From contig CAVRWE010000002.1 of assembly GCA_963724895.1 (NCBI GenBank), positions 138,629-202,628 of the forward strand: 64,000 nucleotides of DNA, written 5' to 3'. The translations under genes were made by a program, and so were the position numbers. The notes below the pieces were generated by a model. It ran no database searches, was not told the origin of the DNA, and saw only the letters and a list, made by a program, of their open reading frames with translations. This DNA is from an uncultured Actinomycetes bacterium. Its GTDB lineage: Bacteria > Actinomycetota > Thermoleophilia > Gaiellales > Gaiellaceae. This document shows positions 17,304 to 25,449 of the stretch, piece by piece; positions within the stretch are counted from its first letter, which is position 1; every line of letters starts with the position of its first letter.

Positions 17304-18319
17304 GCGAGCGACCGTCGGCGTCAGGGAGGCAGATCGCGTTCGGCGTCGTCGCCGCGCTGCTCATCGGCGTCGGCGTGGCCGTGCTCATCGCGCGCGCCGC
17401 AGGATTCTCCGAGGTGCGGAGCGCGCTCGAGGAGGCCGACCCGGCGTGGTTCGCGGTCTGCCTGCTCGCGATCGTCGTCGCGCTGTGGGGTTATGCGGCG
17501 ATGTACCGCGAGGCGTTCCGCTGGGACGGAGGCCCCGAGCCGGGCATGGGCCTGAGCGCCGTCGTCATGCTCGCCGGCATCGGCGGCACGAGGATCGTCG
17601 CCGGGGGAGCAGCCGGGGCGCTCGCCGTCGGCTACTGGTGCTTCCGCCGGGCTCGCTTTGGCACCAGGGACGCGCTCGTCCGCGTGCTGGGCTTCAACAC
17701 CTTCCTCTACGTGCTCTTCGGGATCGGCGCCTGGGTGGCCGCGCTGCTCTGCCTGCTCGGCGTGCTCGGGGAGGCCCCGCGCTCGCTCACGCTGCCATGG
17801 CTCGTCGTCGTCCCGTTCTGCTTCGCCGCGGCCCGGTTCGTGACGCAGCCGGGCCGCGTGCAGCGGCTTGCGCGGACGGAAGGGTCTCTCCTCCGCCGCG
17901 GCTTCGGGTACGCGATCGCCGGGACCGCCTGGGCCCGGGAGGTGCTCGTCGACCCGCGCGGCGCGCGCGCGCTCGCTGCATCCGGCGTGTACTGGGCGGG
18001 GAACGTCGTCTGCCTGTGGGCGGCGTTGCACTCGGTCGGTGAGCCCCTCCCCCCGGCGGAGCTCGTGCTGGCCTTCGTCACGGGCCAGGTCGCGATGATC
18101 CTGCCCCTGCCGCTCGGCGGCGTCGGGGGAGTGGACGCGGCACTGACGTACGCGCTGACGGTCGTCGGCGTACCGCTCGCCCCGGCACTCGTGGCCGTCG
18201 CCGTCTACCGCCTGTTCTCGTTCTGGCTGCCGACGATCCCGGCGCTCGCGGCCATCGCGTTCCTGCCGCGCGCGGGACGGAGCCTCGAGCAAGCTGGGCT
18301 CAGCGGCGCCAGCTCGTGA
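17300..18319 (+). CDS. Lysylphosphatidylglycerol-synthase-TM-region-like (UPF0104, flippase-like) membrane protein
   Basis: GTG 17300 overlaps the PAP2 stop (GTGA). The product is multi-TM, with the typical C-terminal part ...FVTGQVAMILPLPLGGVGGVDAALTYAL. Confidence 0.75.
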   Translation: MSERPSASGRQIAFGVVAALLIGVGVAVLIARAAGFSEVRSALEEADPAWFAVCLLAIVVALWGYAAMYREAFRWDGGPEPGMGLSAVVMLAGIGGTRIVAGGAAGALAVGYWCFRRARFGTRDALVRVLGFNTFLYVLFGIGAWVAALLCLLGVLGEAPRSLTLPWLVVVPFCFAAARFVTQPGRVQRLARTEGSLLRRGFGYAIAGTAWAREVLVDPRGARALAASGVYWAGNVVCLWAALHSVGEPLPPAELVLAFVTGQVAMILPLPLGGVGGVDAALTYALTVVGVPLAPALVAVAVYRLFSFWLPTIPALAAIAFLPRAGRSLEQAGLSGASS

Positions 18320-19370
18320 GGTCGTACCGCTTCTCGAGGACGTCGAGCACCCGGTCTGCGATGAGGTCGCCGGCCGGGCGCTCGAAGTGGACTCCGTCGT
18401 CCGCGCGCATCTTCACGAGCTGGCCCGTGTCGTCCTGGACGTACTGCGCGTAGCCGCCGTCGGCGCCGGCGAAGAAGAAGTACGTGTCGAGGTACGCCAC
18501 GCGGCCCGGACGCTCGGCGGCCTCGGACTGGAGGATCGCGTTGATCGTGTCGTAGCGGCGGGTCTGGTCGGGATCGTCCGTGATGGGGAGGCCGACCCAG
18601 ACGAGGAAGGCACCCTGCCGGGTGGCCGAGTCCATCACGCCGGCCACGCGGCGGCGGTACTCGGCGGCCCAGCTCGAGCTTCCGAACGAGTCGACCTCGA
18701 CACCCTCCGGCAGGCCGGTCATGAACCCGTGGTCGTCGTTCCCGCCGAACATGAGGACGACGGCGTGCGGCTTGTCCTTCCGCGTCACCTCGCGGATGCG
18801 GTCGAACCAGTTGTAGACGTCAGGTCGCTCGAGCCCGCTCGCGATCCGGCCCTCGACTTGCCCCGTGCGAGCGATCGCCCGGTTCGAGGCCGCCGCGCGC
18901 AGGAGCGACTCTCCCGGAACGACCACGAGCGAATCGCCTGCGATCCAGATGCGGAGCTGCTTTCTCGGGCTGAACCGCGTGCGCGCGGGCGGTGGCGGAG
19001 TCGACTGGGGCTGTGATTGTGGCTGGGGCGAGGGGCTTGCCGTGGGTGGCTCGGGAAGCGCGACGGCGGTGTCGATCTCGTCGTCGTCCGAGCGGCCCAG
19101 GACGGCCTTGAGCCCGCGGCGCGGCTCGTCGAGGAAGAACGCGCTGGAGACCGATTCGAGCGGGCCGGTCACGCCGAGCGCGACGTCGCGCTTCCAGCCC
19201 TCGGCCTGGATGTGCGCGGACTTGTGGATCCCTGGAGCGTTCAGGAGCGCCCCGACGAGGAGCGCGCCGAGACACACGACGAAAGCCGACCCGGCGGAGT
19301 GCAGGCGGCGACCGCCTTCCCCGACCCGCTCGCGGGGGCGCCTGCGTGGTGTGGATCCGTCGGTCGTCAC
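18300..19370 (-). CDS. SGNH/GDSL hydrolase (DUF459-like), likely the partner esterase/acetyltransferase of the adjacent MBOAT
   Basis: It carries WIAGDSL (block I Ser), MFGGNDD (block III) and ADDGVHF (block V Asp/His), plus an N-terminal TM anchor. The start was set to GTG 19370, 1 nt after the MBOAT stop. The track's 19421 start would overlap the MBOAT. Confidence 0.75.
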   Translation of the reverse strand: MTTDGSTPRRRPRERVGEGGRRLHSAGSAFVVCLGALLVGALLNAPGIHKSAHIQAEGWKRDVALGVTGPLESVSSAFFLDEPRRGLKAVLGRSDDDEIDTAVALPEPPTASPSPQPQSQPQSTPPPPARTRFSPRKQLRIWIAGDSLVVVPGESLLRAAASNRAIARTGQVEGRIASGLERPDVYNWFDRIREVTRKDKPHAVVLMFGGNDDHGFMTGLPEGVEVDSFGSSSWAAEYRRRVAGVMDSATRQGAFLVWVGLPITDDPDQTRRYDTINAILQSEAAERPGRVAYLDTYFFFAGADGGYAQYVQDDTGQLVKMRADDGVHFERPAGDLIADRVLDVLEKRYDLTSWRR

Positions 19371-19371
19371 G

Positions 19372-20791
19372 TCAGAACTGGAAGTAGATGAACGGGGCGA
19401 CTCCCTCGGGCCCCATGGCATGTGTGACGAGGAGCGCGAGCCCGAGGACGGCGGCCTGGGCGGGCACGGGCAGCCGCGAGAACCACGCCATGATCCCGAG
19501 CGGGATGCGGGAGGGGAGGTACTGCGAGCCGATGCCGACCGCGATTGCCGCCACGACGCCGAGGGTAACGAGCGACGACGGCTCGCCCCAGGCCGTGAGC
19601 AGCCGGACGATGAGATCCCAGGCGTCCGCGAAGGAGTCCGAGCGGAAGAAGATCCAGGCGAAGCAGACGACCTGAAATGTCGCGAAGCGGTGCCATGCGC
19701 GGCGCCACCGGGTCCACGGCCGCTCGACGAAGCCGGGCCGCTCGCGCCACCAGCGCTCGGCGACCAGCGCGCTCCCGTGGATCGCGCCCCACGCGACGAA
19801 GGTCCAGCCGGCGCCGTGCCAGAGGCCGCCGATGAGCATCGTCAGCATCAGGTTGCGGTACGTCGCGAGATCGGCTTCCCCGGTTCCCGCCGAGCGGGAT
19901 GTAGAGGTAGTCGCGCAGCCAGCGCGACAGGGTCATGTGCCAGCGTCGCCAGAAGTCCTGGATCGACACGGCCGCGTACGGCGCGTCGAAGTTCTGCGGG
20001 AACTGGAACCCGAGCAACAGGGCGATCCCGATGGCGATGTTCGTGTAGCCGAAGAAGTCGGCGTAGATCTGGACGGCGTACGCGTACACGCCGACGAGCA
20101 CCTCGAGCGACGAGTGCTGGTCGGGCGCGCCGAAGACGGGGTCGACGATGCTCGTCGCCAGGTAGTTCGCTATCACGACCTTCATGAAAAGACCGGTGCC
20201 GATGAGGAAGAACGCGCGCGAGGTGTCCACGTAGCGCGGGTCGCGTGGAGTCTCGAGCTGCGGAACGAGCTCGCCGGGCCGCACGATCGGCCCCGCGACG
20301 AGGTGCGGGAAGAACGAGAGGTACGCGGCGAACTTCGAGAGCGACGTCGGCTGGAAGTCGCCGCGGTAGACGTCGACGACGTAGCTGATCCCCATGAACG
20401 TGAAGAACGAGATGCCGACGGGCAGGACGATCGAGCGCACCTCGAGCGGGAGGTCGACCCCTGCGAGGGCGAACAGGTTGTTCGTGGACGAGACGGCGAA
20501 GCCGTAGTACTTGAAGTACCCGAGAAGCGCCACGTTCCCGGCGACGGCCGCGATGAGCAGCTGCTTCCGGGCGGACGGCGAGCGGCGCGCGTGGATGAGG
20601 CCGCCGAAGACGTAGTTCCACGCGATCGATGCGGCGAGCAGGAAGCAGAAGCGCCAGTCCCAGCCCGCGTAGAAGACGAAGCTCGCGACGACGATGAACG
20701 GCCGCCAGCGCTCCCCGCGCGGCATCAGCAGCCATGAGAGCGGCAACACGATCAGGAAGAAGATCGCGAAGGTGGCGGTCGGGAAGAGCAC
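19372..20791 (-). pseudogene. MBOAT family O-acyltransferase (AlgI/DltB/PatA-like) with one frameshift in a G/C run
   Basis: The N-terminal 300 aa (ORF 19367..20791) reads ...FFPHLVAGPIVRPGE...FWRRWHMTLSRWLRDYLYIPLGGNR. The sequence continues in ORF 19372..19848 extended upstream: EADLATYRNLMLTMLIGGLWHGAGW...FIYFQF*. The frame change is at the CCCC run 19878-19881. Confidence 0.8.
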
Positions 20792-20837
20792 GCTAGGCCC
20801 TTGAAGTCTCTACCCGGCCACGCGGCGTTGCGCCGGG

Positions 20838-21446
20838 TCAGTCGTCGTTCGGCGGCGGCAGCTTGGCGGGCGGCGGCGGCCCTTCGTCCGGGGTGATGTC
20901 GAGGACGGTTCGCTCGACCGCCCGCTCCACCGGGGGCGCGAACCACGACGCGTCCGACGGATAGCCGGAGACGAGTGGATACGGCCCGTAGACGGCCTCT
21001 GCCCGCCGGCGCTCAGCTCGCGCGGCGGCAACCTCGGCGACGGCGACGAGCGCCCAGGAGACGGCCATGACCGCGACGATCTCGGCCGCCTCGAGCTCGG
21101 CGACCGCCGCTCCCACGGCGACCGCGACGAGGAACACGACCTCGAGCAGGAGCCTCGGCACGTTCGACATGCGCGCCGAGGGAGCCTCGAGCGTCTCGAT
21201 CCAGGTGAGAGATGCGGCCGGGAGCCGTGGATCGTCCCAGCGCGGATCCTCCCAGCCGGGGGCATCGCGCTCCGCCGGCGGGAGCACCCGGCCCTGGGCG
21301 CGGATCGTCTCCACCTCGGCCTGCAGGTCGCCGACCTGGGCCGAGAGGTCGCGGATCGCCGACAGGACCTCCGTCGCTCCGTCCTCCGCGGCTCCGTCCG
21401 TGACCGGGGCGCTGCCCACCTGCGTCGTCTCGGACGGATCCGCCAT
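20838..21446 (-). CDS. Hypothetical membrane protein
   Basis: From ATG 21446 the product reads MADPSETTQVGSAPV..., then a coiled segment (LSAQVGDLQAEVETIRAQ) and two hydrophobic helices (LLLEVVFLVAVAVGAAVA, IVAVMAVSWALVAVAEVAA). No family was recognised. Confidence 0.55.
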   Translation of the reverse strand: MADPSETTQVGSAPVTDGAAEDGATEVLSAIRDLSAQVGDLQAEVETIRAQGRVLPPAERDAPGWEDPRWDDPRLPAASLTWIETLEAPSARMSNVPRLLLEVVFLVAVAVGAAVAELEAAEIVAVMAVSWALVAVAEVAAARAERRRAEAVYGPYPLVSGYPSDASWFAPPVERAVERTVLDITPDEGPPPPAKLPPPNDD

Positions 21447-21457
21447 GCGAGTGCCGG

Positions 21458-21790
21458 TTACTCCTCGGTGGACCGCTGCATCTCGTCGAGCGCGGCCTTG
21501 CCCTGTTCGTGGACGTTCGCGCGCCGCGCATCGACGCTCTCCTCGGACTCCTCGGGCTCGGTTCTCGCCGGGGTGTCGGAGAGGCCGGCCTCGTGGCGGG
21601 CGGAGGCGAGCTTGCGGCGGAGCTCCTCTGCGGGATCGCCGGTTTCCTCGGGTGCCGGAGCGTCTCCGTCCTTCGCCGCCGGGGCGGCGTCGACGGTCCA
21701 CTCGGGCTCCGACTTGCCCCTGCGGCGGAGCCTGCGCACGAGCGCCGCGATCCCGATGGTGACGACGAGCCACGTGAGGAGCTTGCGCAT
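21458..21790 (-). CDS. Hypothetical small membrane-anchored acidic protein
   Basis: From ATG 21790 the product starts with a TM anchor (MRKLLTWLVVTIGIAALVRRLRRRGK) followed by an acidic tail. The upstream part of ORF 21458..22105 looks non-coding. Confidence 0.5.
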   Translation of the reverse strand: MRKLLTWLVVTIGIAALVRRLRRRGKSEPEWTVDAAPAAKDGDAPAPEETGDPAEELRRKLASARHEAGLSDTPARTEPEESEESVDARRANVHEQGKAALDEMQRSTEE

Positions 21791-21919
21791 GCGGCGATGG
21801 TACCGGGCCTGTTCGGGCGGGTTCGGCGAGGGGGCGAGGCACGCGTGAGGTGGGGTCGCTGCTCGAGGTCGCTGCCAGAGGTCGCCGCTAGAGGCGCTGG
21901 TAGACTGGCGCCGCTTCCT

Positions 21920-21965
21920 GCCTCGCATCGACACATCCTTTCCCGGTGTGTCTTGCCCGCGAGGC
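21920..21965 (+). promoter_or_regulatory. Structured 5' leader upstream of rpsF (candidate S6:S18 autoregulatory element)
   Basis: A nested hairpin reads GCCTCGC-atc-GACACA-tcctttcccgg-TGTGTC-ttgcc-GCGAGGC. It ends 33 nt before the rpsF GTG and lies downstream of a TAGACT -10-like hexamer (21901-21906). Confidence 0.4.
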
Positions 21966-21998
21966 CGTGAGACCGAAGGAAGGAGAATCAGGGAACCC

Positions 21999-22397
21999 GT
22001 GACGAAGTACGAAATTCTGCTGCTGCTCGACTCGGACCTGGACGAGGCCGGCCAGGGCGAGGTCGTCGATCGCGTGCGCCAGCTCGTCGAAGGCTCGGAC
22101 GGCACCTGGGATCTCCACGACTCCTGGGGACGACGCCGGCTCGCCTACGAGATCGCGCACAAGAGCGAGGGCTCGTACCACCTGCTCCACTTCACGTGCG
22201 ACGCCGCGACACTCGACGAGATCTCGCGCGTCCTGCGCATCGACGACCGCGTGATGCGGCACATGTCGACACGTCGGATCGAGGGCAGTCCCGCACGACC
22301 GGTAGCGGTCGGCGTGGCCACGAGCCAGGATGCCGGGGGAGTGGACCCCGCAAGCGAATCGGCGCTCGAGTCCGAGGTCGAGGAAGAGGAGGCGTAG
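21999..22397 (+). CDS. rpsF: 30S ribosomal protein S6
   Basis: GTG 21999 follows AAGGAAGGAG. The product reads VTKYEILLLLDSDLDEAG...WGRRRLAYEIAHKSEGSYHLLHF and has an acidic C-terminus. Confidence 0.9.
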   Translation: MTKYEILLLLDSDLDEAGQGEVVDRVRQLVEGSDGTWDLHDSWGRRRLAYEIAHKSEGSYHLLHFTCDAATLDEISRVLRIDDRVMRHMSTRRIEGSPARPVAVGVATSQDAGGVDPASESALESEVEEEEA

Positions 22398-22400
22398 AGC

Positions 22401-22829
22401 ATGGCCGCCAACATCAACCGGGTCGTTCTCGTCGGGAACCTGACGCGCGATCCCGAGCTCCGGCACACGCCGTCCGGGACGCCCGTGTGCTCGCTGCGCG
22501 TCGCGGTCAACACGCGGCGCAAGGACGAGACTGGCCAGTGGACGGACAAGCCGAACTACTTCGACATCACGGTCTGGGGCCAGCAGGGTGAGAACTGCGC
22601 CCAGTACCTCGCCAAGGGCCGCCCGATCGCCGTCGACGGCCGCCTCGAGTGGCGCGAGTGGGAAGCGCAGGACGGCACCAAGCGGCAGGCGGTCGAGATC
22701 GTCGCCGACAGCGTCCAGTTCCTGGGCGGGCGCATGGAGGGCGAGACCCCGGCGTACGTCGCGGCCGGTTCCGCCGGCGGAGACGACTTCCCGTCCTCCC
22801 CGGCGGTGGACGACGACATTCCGTTCTAG
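22401..22829 (+). CDS. ssb: Single-stranded DNA-binding protein
   Basis: The product starts [37 protein letters not shown]...RLEWREWE and ends with the acidic tip DDDIPF. Confidence 0.93.
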   Translation: MAANINRVVLVGNLTRDPELRHTPSGTPVCSLRVAVNTRRKDETGQWTDKPNYFDITVWGQQGENCAQYLAKGRPIAVDGRLEWREWEAQDGTKRQAVEIVADSVQFLGGRMEGETPAYVAAGSAGGDDFPSSPAVDDDIPF

Positions 22830-22848
22830 AAGAGTTTCCAGGAGATAC

Positions 22849-23115
22849 ATGGCCAGCAAGAAGACCGCGACCCCGTCCCGCAGACGCGCCGCGGCGACGA
22901 GCGCGCCCGGCAAGCGCAAGAGCTGCCACTTCTGCCGCGACAAGATCGCCGAGATCGACTACAAGAACGTCGCGCAGCTGCGGCGGTACATCTCGGAGAA
23001 GGGGAAGATCCGCTCGCGCCGCATCACGGGCGCGTGCCGCCGGCACCAGCTCCAGGTCGCGACCGCGGTGAAGCGCGCGCGCGAGATGGCGCTCCTGCCC
23101 TACGTGGCCCAGTAA
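22849..23115 (+). CDS. rpsR: 30S ribosomal protein S18
   Basis: From ATG 22849 the product includes ...[64 protein letters not shown]. Confidence 0.92.
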   Translation: MASKKTATPSRRRAAATSAPGKRKSCHFCRDKIAEIDYKNVAQLRRYISEKGKIRSRRITGACRRHQLQVATAVKRAREMALLPYVAQ

Positions 23116-23120
23116 CTGCG

Positions 23121-23837
23121 ATGGACGTCATCCTCCTCAAGGACGTGGAGAAGCTGGGGCTGCGCGGCGACGTGGTCGGCGTCGCGCGCGGCTACGCGCG
23201 CAACTACCTGCTGCCTCGCCGGCTGGCAGAGGTCGCGACACCGGCGCGCGTCGCCGAGCTCGAGCGCGTCGAGGCGGGGCGGGCGAGGCACGAGGCGCGG
23301 AGCTCGGACCAGGCGCTCCAGATCGCGGAGGTGCTCGGCAAGACCGTGCTCCGGTTCGAGGTCAAGGCGGGCCCGACGGGCGCACTCTTCGGATCGGTGA
23401 CTCCGTCTGATGTCGCCGACGAGATCTGGCGCACGCGCAAGGTGCGCGTGGACCGGCGGCGCGTCGGCATCGACCCGATCAAGCGCATCGGCCGCTACTC
23501 GATCCCGATCGAGCTCTTCCAGGACGTCGTCGTCGAGGTGAAGACGCTCGTCGTGCCGGAGGGAGGCGAGCTGCCGCCCGAGGAGGAGCTCGAGGCGCTC
23601 GAGGCTGCGGAAGCCGAAGCGGAGGCGTCCGCGCAGGCGGAGGCCGAGGCCGCGCATGTGGAGGCGGAGGTCGCGATCGCGGAAGTGCTCGCCGAGGAAG
23701 AGCCCGAGGTGGAGGGAGAGGCCGAGGTTGAGGCCGAGGCCGAGTCGCCCGCATCGTCCGCGGAGGACGTCTCGGACGACGACGCCGAGGACGTCTCGGA
23801 CGACGACGCCGAGGACGCGTCCGAACCGACTGCCTGA
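23121..23837 (+). CDS. rplI: 50S ribosomal protein L9 with a long acidic C-terminal extension
   Basis: From ATG 23121 the product reads MDVILLKDVEKLGLRGDVVGVARGYARNYLLPRRLA.... The canonical L9 of about 150 aa is followed by about 90 Glu/Ala/Asp-rich residues. Confidence 0.9.
   Translation: MDVILLKDVEKLGLRGDVVGVARGYARNYLLPRRLAEVATPARVAELERVEAGRARHEARSSDQALQIAEVLGKTVLRFEVKAGPTGALFGSVTPSDVADEIWRTRKVRVDRRRVGIDPIKRIGRYSIPIELFQDVVVEVKTLVVPEGGELPPEEELEALEAAEAEAEASAQAEAEAAHVEAEVAIAEVLAEEEPEVEGEAEVEAEAESPASSAEDVSDDDAEDVSDDDAEDASEPTA
23763..23822 (+). repeat. Tandem 24-nt repeat inside the L9 tail
   Basis: GAGGACGTCTCGGACGACGACGCC occurs twice exactly (23763-23786 and 23787-23810), followed by a partial diverged copy. 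It encodes EDVSDDDA-EDVSDDDA-EDAS. Confidence 0.85.
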
Positions 23838-23972
23838 CCCGTCCCCACCACTTTCCACAGACCTGTCGATAGCCGCGCGAACTTCTCGCTCCGAGCGGCT
23901 GTTTCCACCTCGGAATCAGTGGAATGCCGGCGGGCATTCTGGGGAAACCGTCCGGCGCCTGTGGAGTAATAG

Positions 23973-23986
23973 GGAACACATGTTCC
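23973..23986. promoter_or_regulatory. LexA-type box (GAAC-N4-GTTC) upstream of dnaB
   Basis: GGAACACATGTTCC is a perfect 14-nt palindrome 23 nt upstream of the dnaB TTG start. It has the same core as the lexA box at 614-627. Confidence 0.45.
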
Positions 23987-24008
23987 TTTTGCCCTGCATC
24001 GGGGATTC

Positions 24009-25418
24009 TTGGCGACTCCGCACCTCCGACTGGACTCGTCCGGCGGAGACGGATTGACTCCCACGTCCGTGACCGCGATCGCCTCCGAGCGCCTCGGCGC
24101 CGTCGTGCCCCCTCAGAACCTCGAGGCCGAGGAGTCGGTCCTCGGCGCGATGCTCCTGTCCCCGACCGCGGTCGGGACCGTCAGCGAGATTCTCGACGCG
24201 TCCGACTTCTACCGCGAGAGCCACGCCAAGATGTTCCGCGCCGTCCTCGGCCTGTGGTCGAAAGGCGAGCCCGTCGACGCGATCACGCTCGCGAACGAGC
24301 TCGACGAGCGAGGCGAGCTCGAGGCGGTCGGCGGGCAGAGCAGGGTCGCGGAGCTCGCAGCGCTCGTCCCGAGCACCTCGAACGTCGAGCACTACGCCCG
24401 GATCGTCAAGGAGATGGCGACGCTGCGGGGGCTCGTGCGCGCGGGGCAGGAGATCGCGAAGCTCGGCCAGGAGAGGCCGGGCGAGGTGATCGACCTCGTC
24501 GACCGCGCCGAGCAGATCGTCTTCGAGCTCGCGCAACAGCGGGTCACCGGCGACTTCACGCACATCGAGACCCTGCTCAAGGAGAGCTTCGAGCGCATCA
24601 CGCAGCTGTACGAGGCCGGCGCCGAGATCACGGGCATCCCGAGCGGTTTCCGCGAGCTCGACCTCATCACGTCTGGCTTCCAGCCGGGGAACCTCGTGAT
24701 CCTCGCCGCGCGCCCGTCGATGGGGAAGTCCTCGCTCGGCTTCTGCATCGCAGCGAACCTCGCGGTGCGGCACGAGATCCCGGTCGCGCTCTTCACGCTC
24801 GAGATGTCGAAGGCCGAAGTGACGCAGCGGATGATGTGCAGCGAGGCGAAGGTCGAGCTTCAGCGCCTGCGCACAGGACGCCTCGCGCAGGACGACTGGC
24901 CGCGCCTGACGACGGCCTGCGACCGGCTCACGAAGGCGCCGATCTACGTGGACGACACGGGCTCGACGACGATCATGGAGGTCCGCTCGAAGGCGCGCAG
25001 GCTCAAGGCGCGCGAGCCGTCGCTCGGCCTGATCCTCGTCGACTACCTCCAGCTCATGACCTCGGGGGCGACGGCCGAGAACAGGGTGCAGGAGGTGTCG
25101 CAGATCTCGCGGGCGCTCAAGGTGCTCGCGCGCGACCTCGACGTTCCGATCCTGGCCATGTCCCAGCTCTCGCGCGCCGTCGAGCAGCGGCACGACAAGC
25201 GCCCCATACTCTCCGACCTGCGCGAGTCGGGAAGCCTCGAGCAGGACTCGGATCTCGTGTTCTTCGTCTACCGCGACGAGTACTACCTCGGGGAGGAGTC
25301 CGATCAGCAGGGGCTCGCGGAGATCATCCTCGCGAAGCACCGGAACGGGCCGACCGGCACGGTCAAGCTGTCCTTCCTGCGGCGATACGCGAAATTCGCC
25401 GACCTCGCTGCCGCGTAG
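24009..25418 (+). CDS. dnaB: Replicative DNA helicase DnaB
   Basis: It carries PPQNLEAEESVLGAMLLS, Walker A ARPSMGKSS, LEMS, LILVDYLQLM and SQLSRAVEQR. The start is TTG 24009 or an in-frame GTG about 60 nt downstream. Confidence 0.92.
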   Translation: MATPHLRLDSSGGDGLTPTSVTAIASERLGAVVPPQNLEAEESVLGAMLLSPTAVGTVSEILDASDFYRESHAKMFRAVLGLWSKGEPVDAITLANELDERGELEAVGGQSRVAELAALVPSTSNVEHYARIVKEMATLRGLVRAGQEIAKLGQERPGEVIDLVDRAEQIVFELAQQRVTGDFTHIETLLKESFERITQLYEAGAEITGIPSGFRELDLITSGFQPGNLVILAARPSMGKSSLGFCIAANLAVRHEIPVALFTLEMSKAEVTQRMMCSEAKVELQRLRTGRLAQDDWPRLTTACDRLTKAPIYVDDTGSTTIMEVRSKARRLKAREPSLGLILVDYLQLMTSGATAENRVQEVSQISRALKVLARDLDVPILAMSQLSRAVEQRHDKRPILSDLRESGSLEQDSDLVFFVYRDEYYLGEESDQQGLAEIILAKHRNGPTGTVKLSFLRRYAKFADLAAA

Positions 25419-25449
25419 CGCCGGCGAAGTCCCTCTCTTCTAGGGTGGC

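Noticed and set aside
16637-18319. A 560-aa ORF read as one protein.
   Set aside because: It concatenates three things: the N-terminus of the PAP2 gene, an out-of-frame stretch across the PAP2 body, and the separate UPF0104-like gene that starts at GTG 17300.
23838-23972. Four DnaA-box-like 9-mers (for example CTTTCCACA, GTTTCCACC) upstream of dnaB, considered as a possible replication origin.
   Set aside because: Each matches the TTATCCACA consensus at only 6-7 of 9 positions. There is no AT-rich unwinding element and no dnaA/dnaN nearby, so a chance occurrence is plausible.
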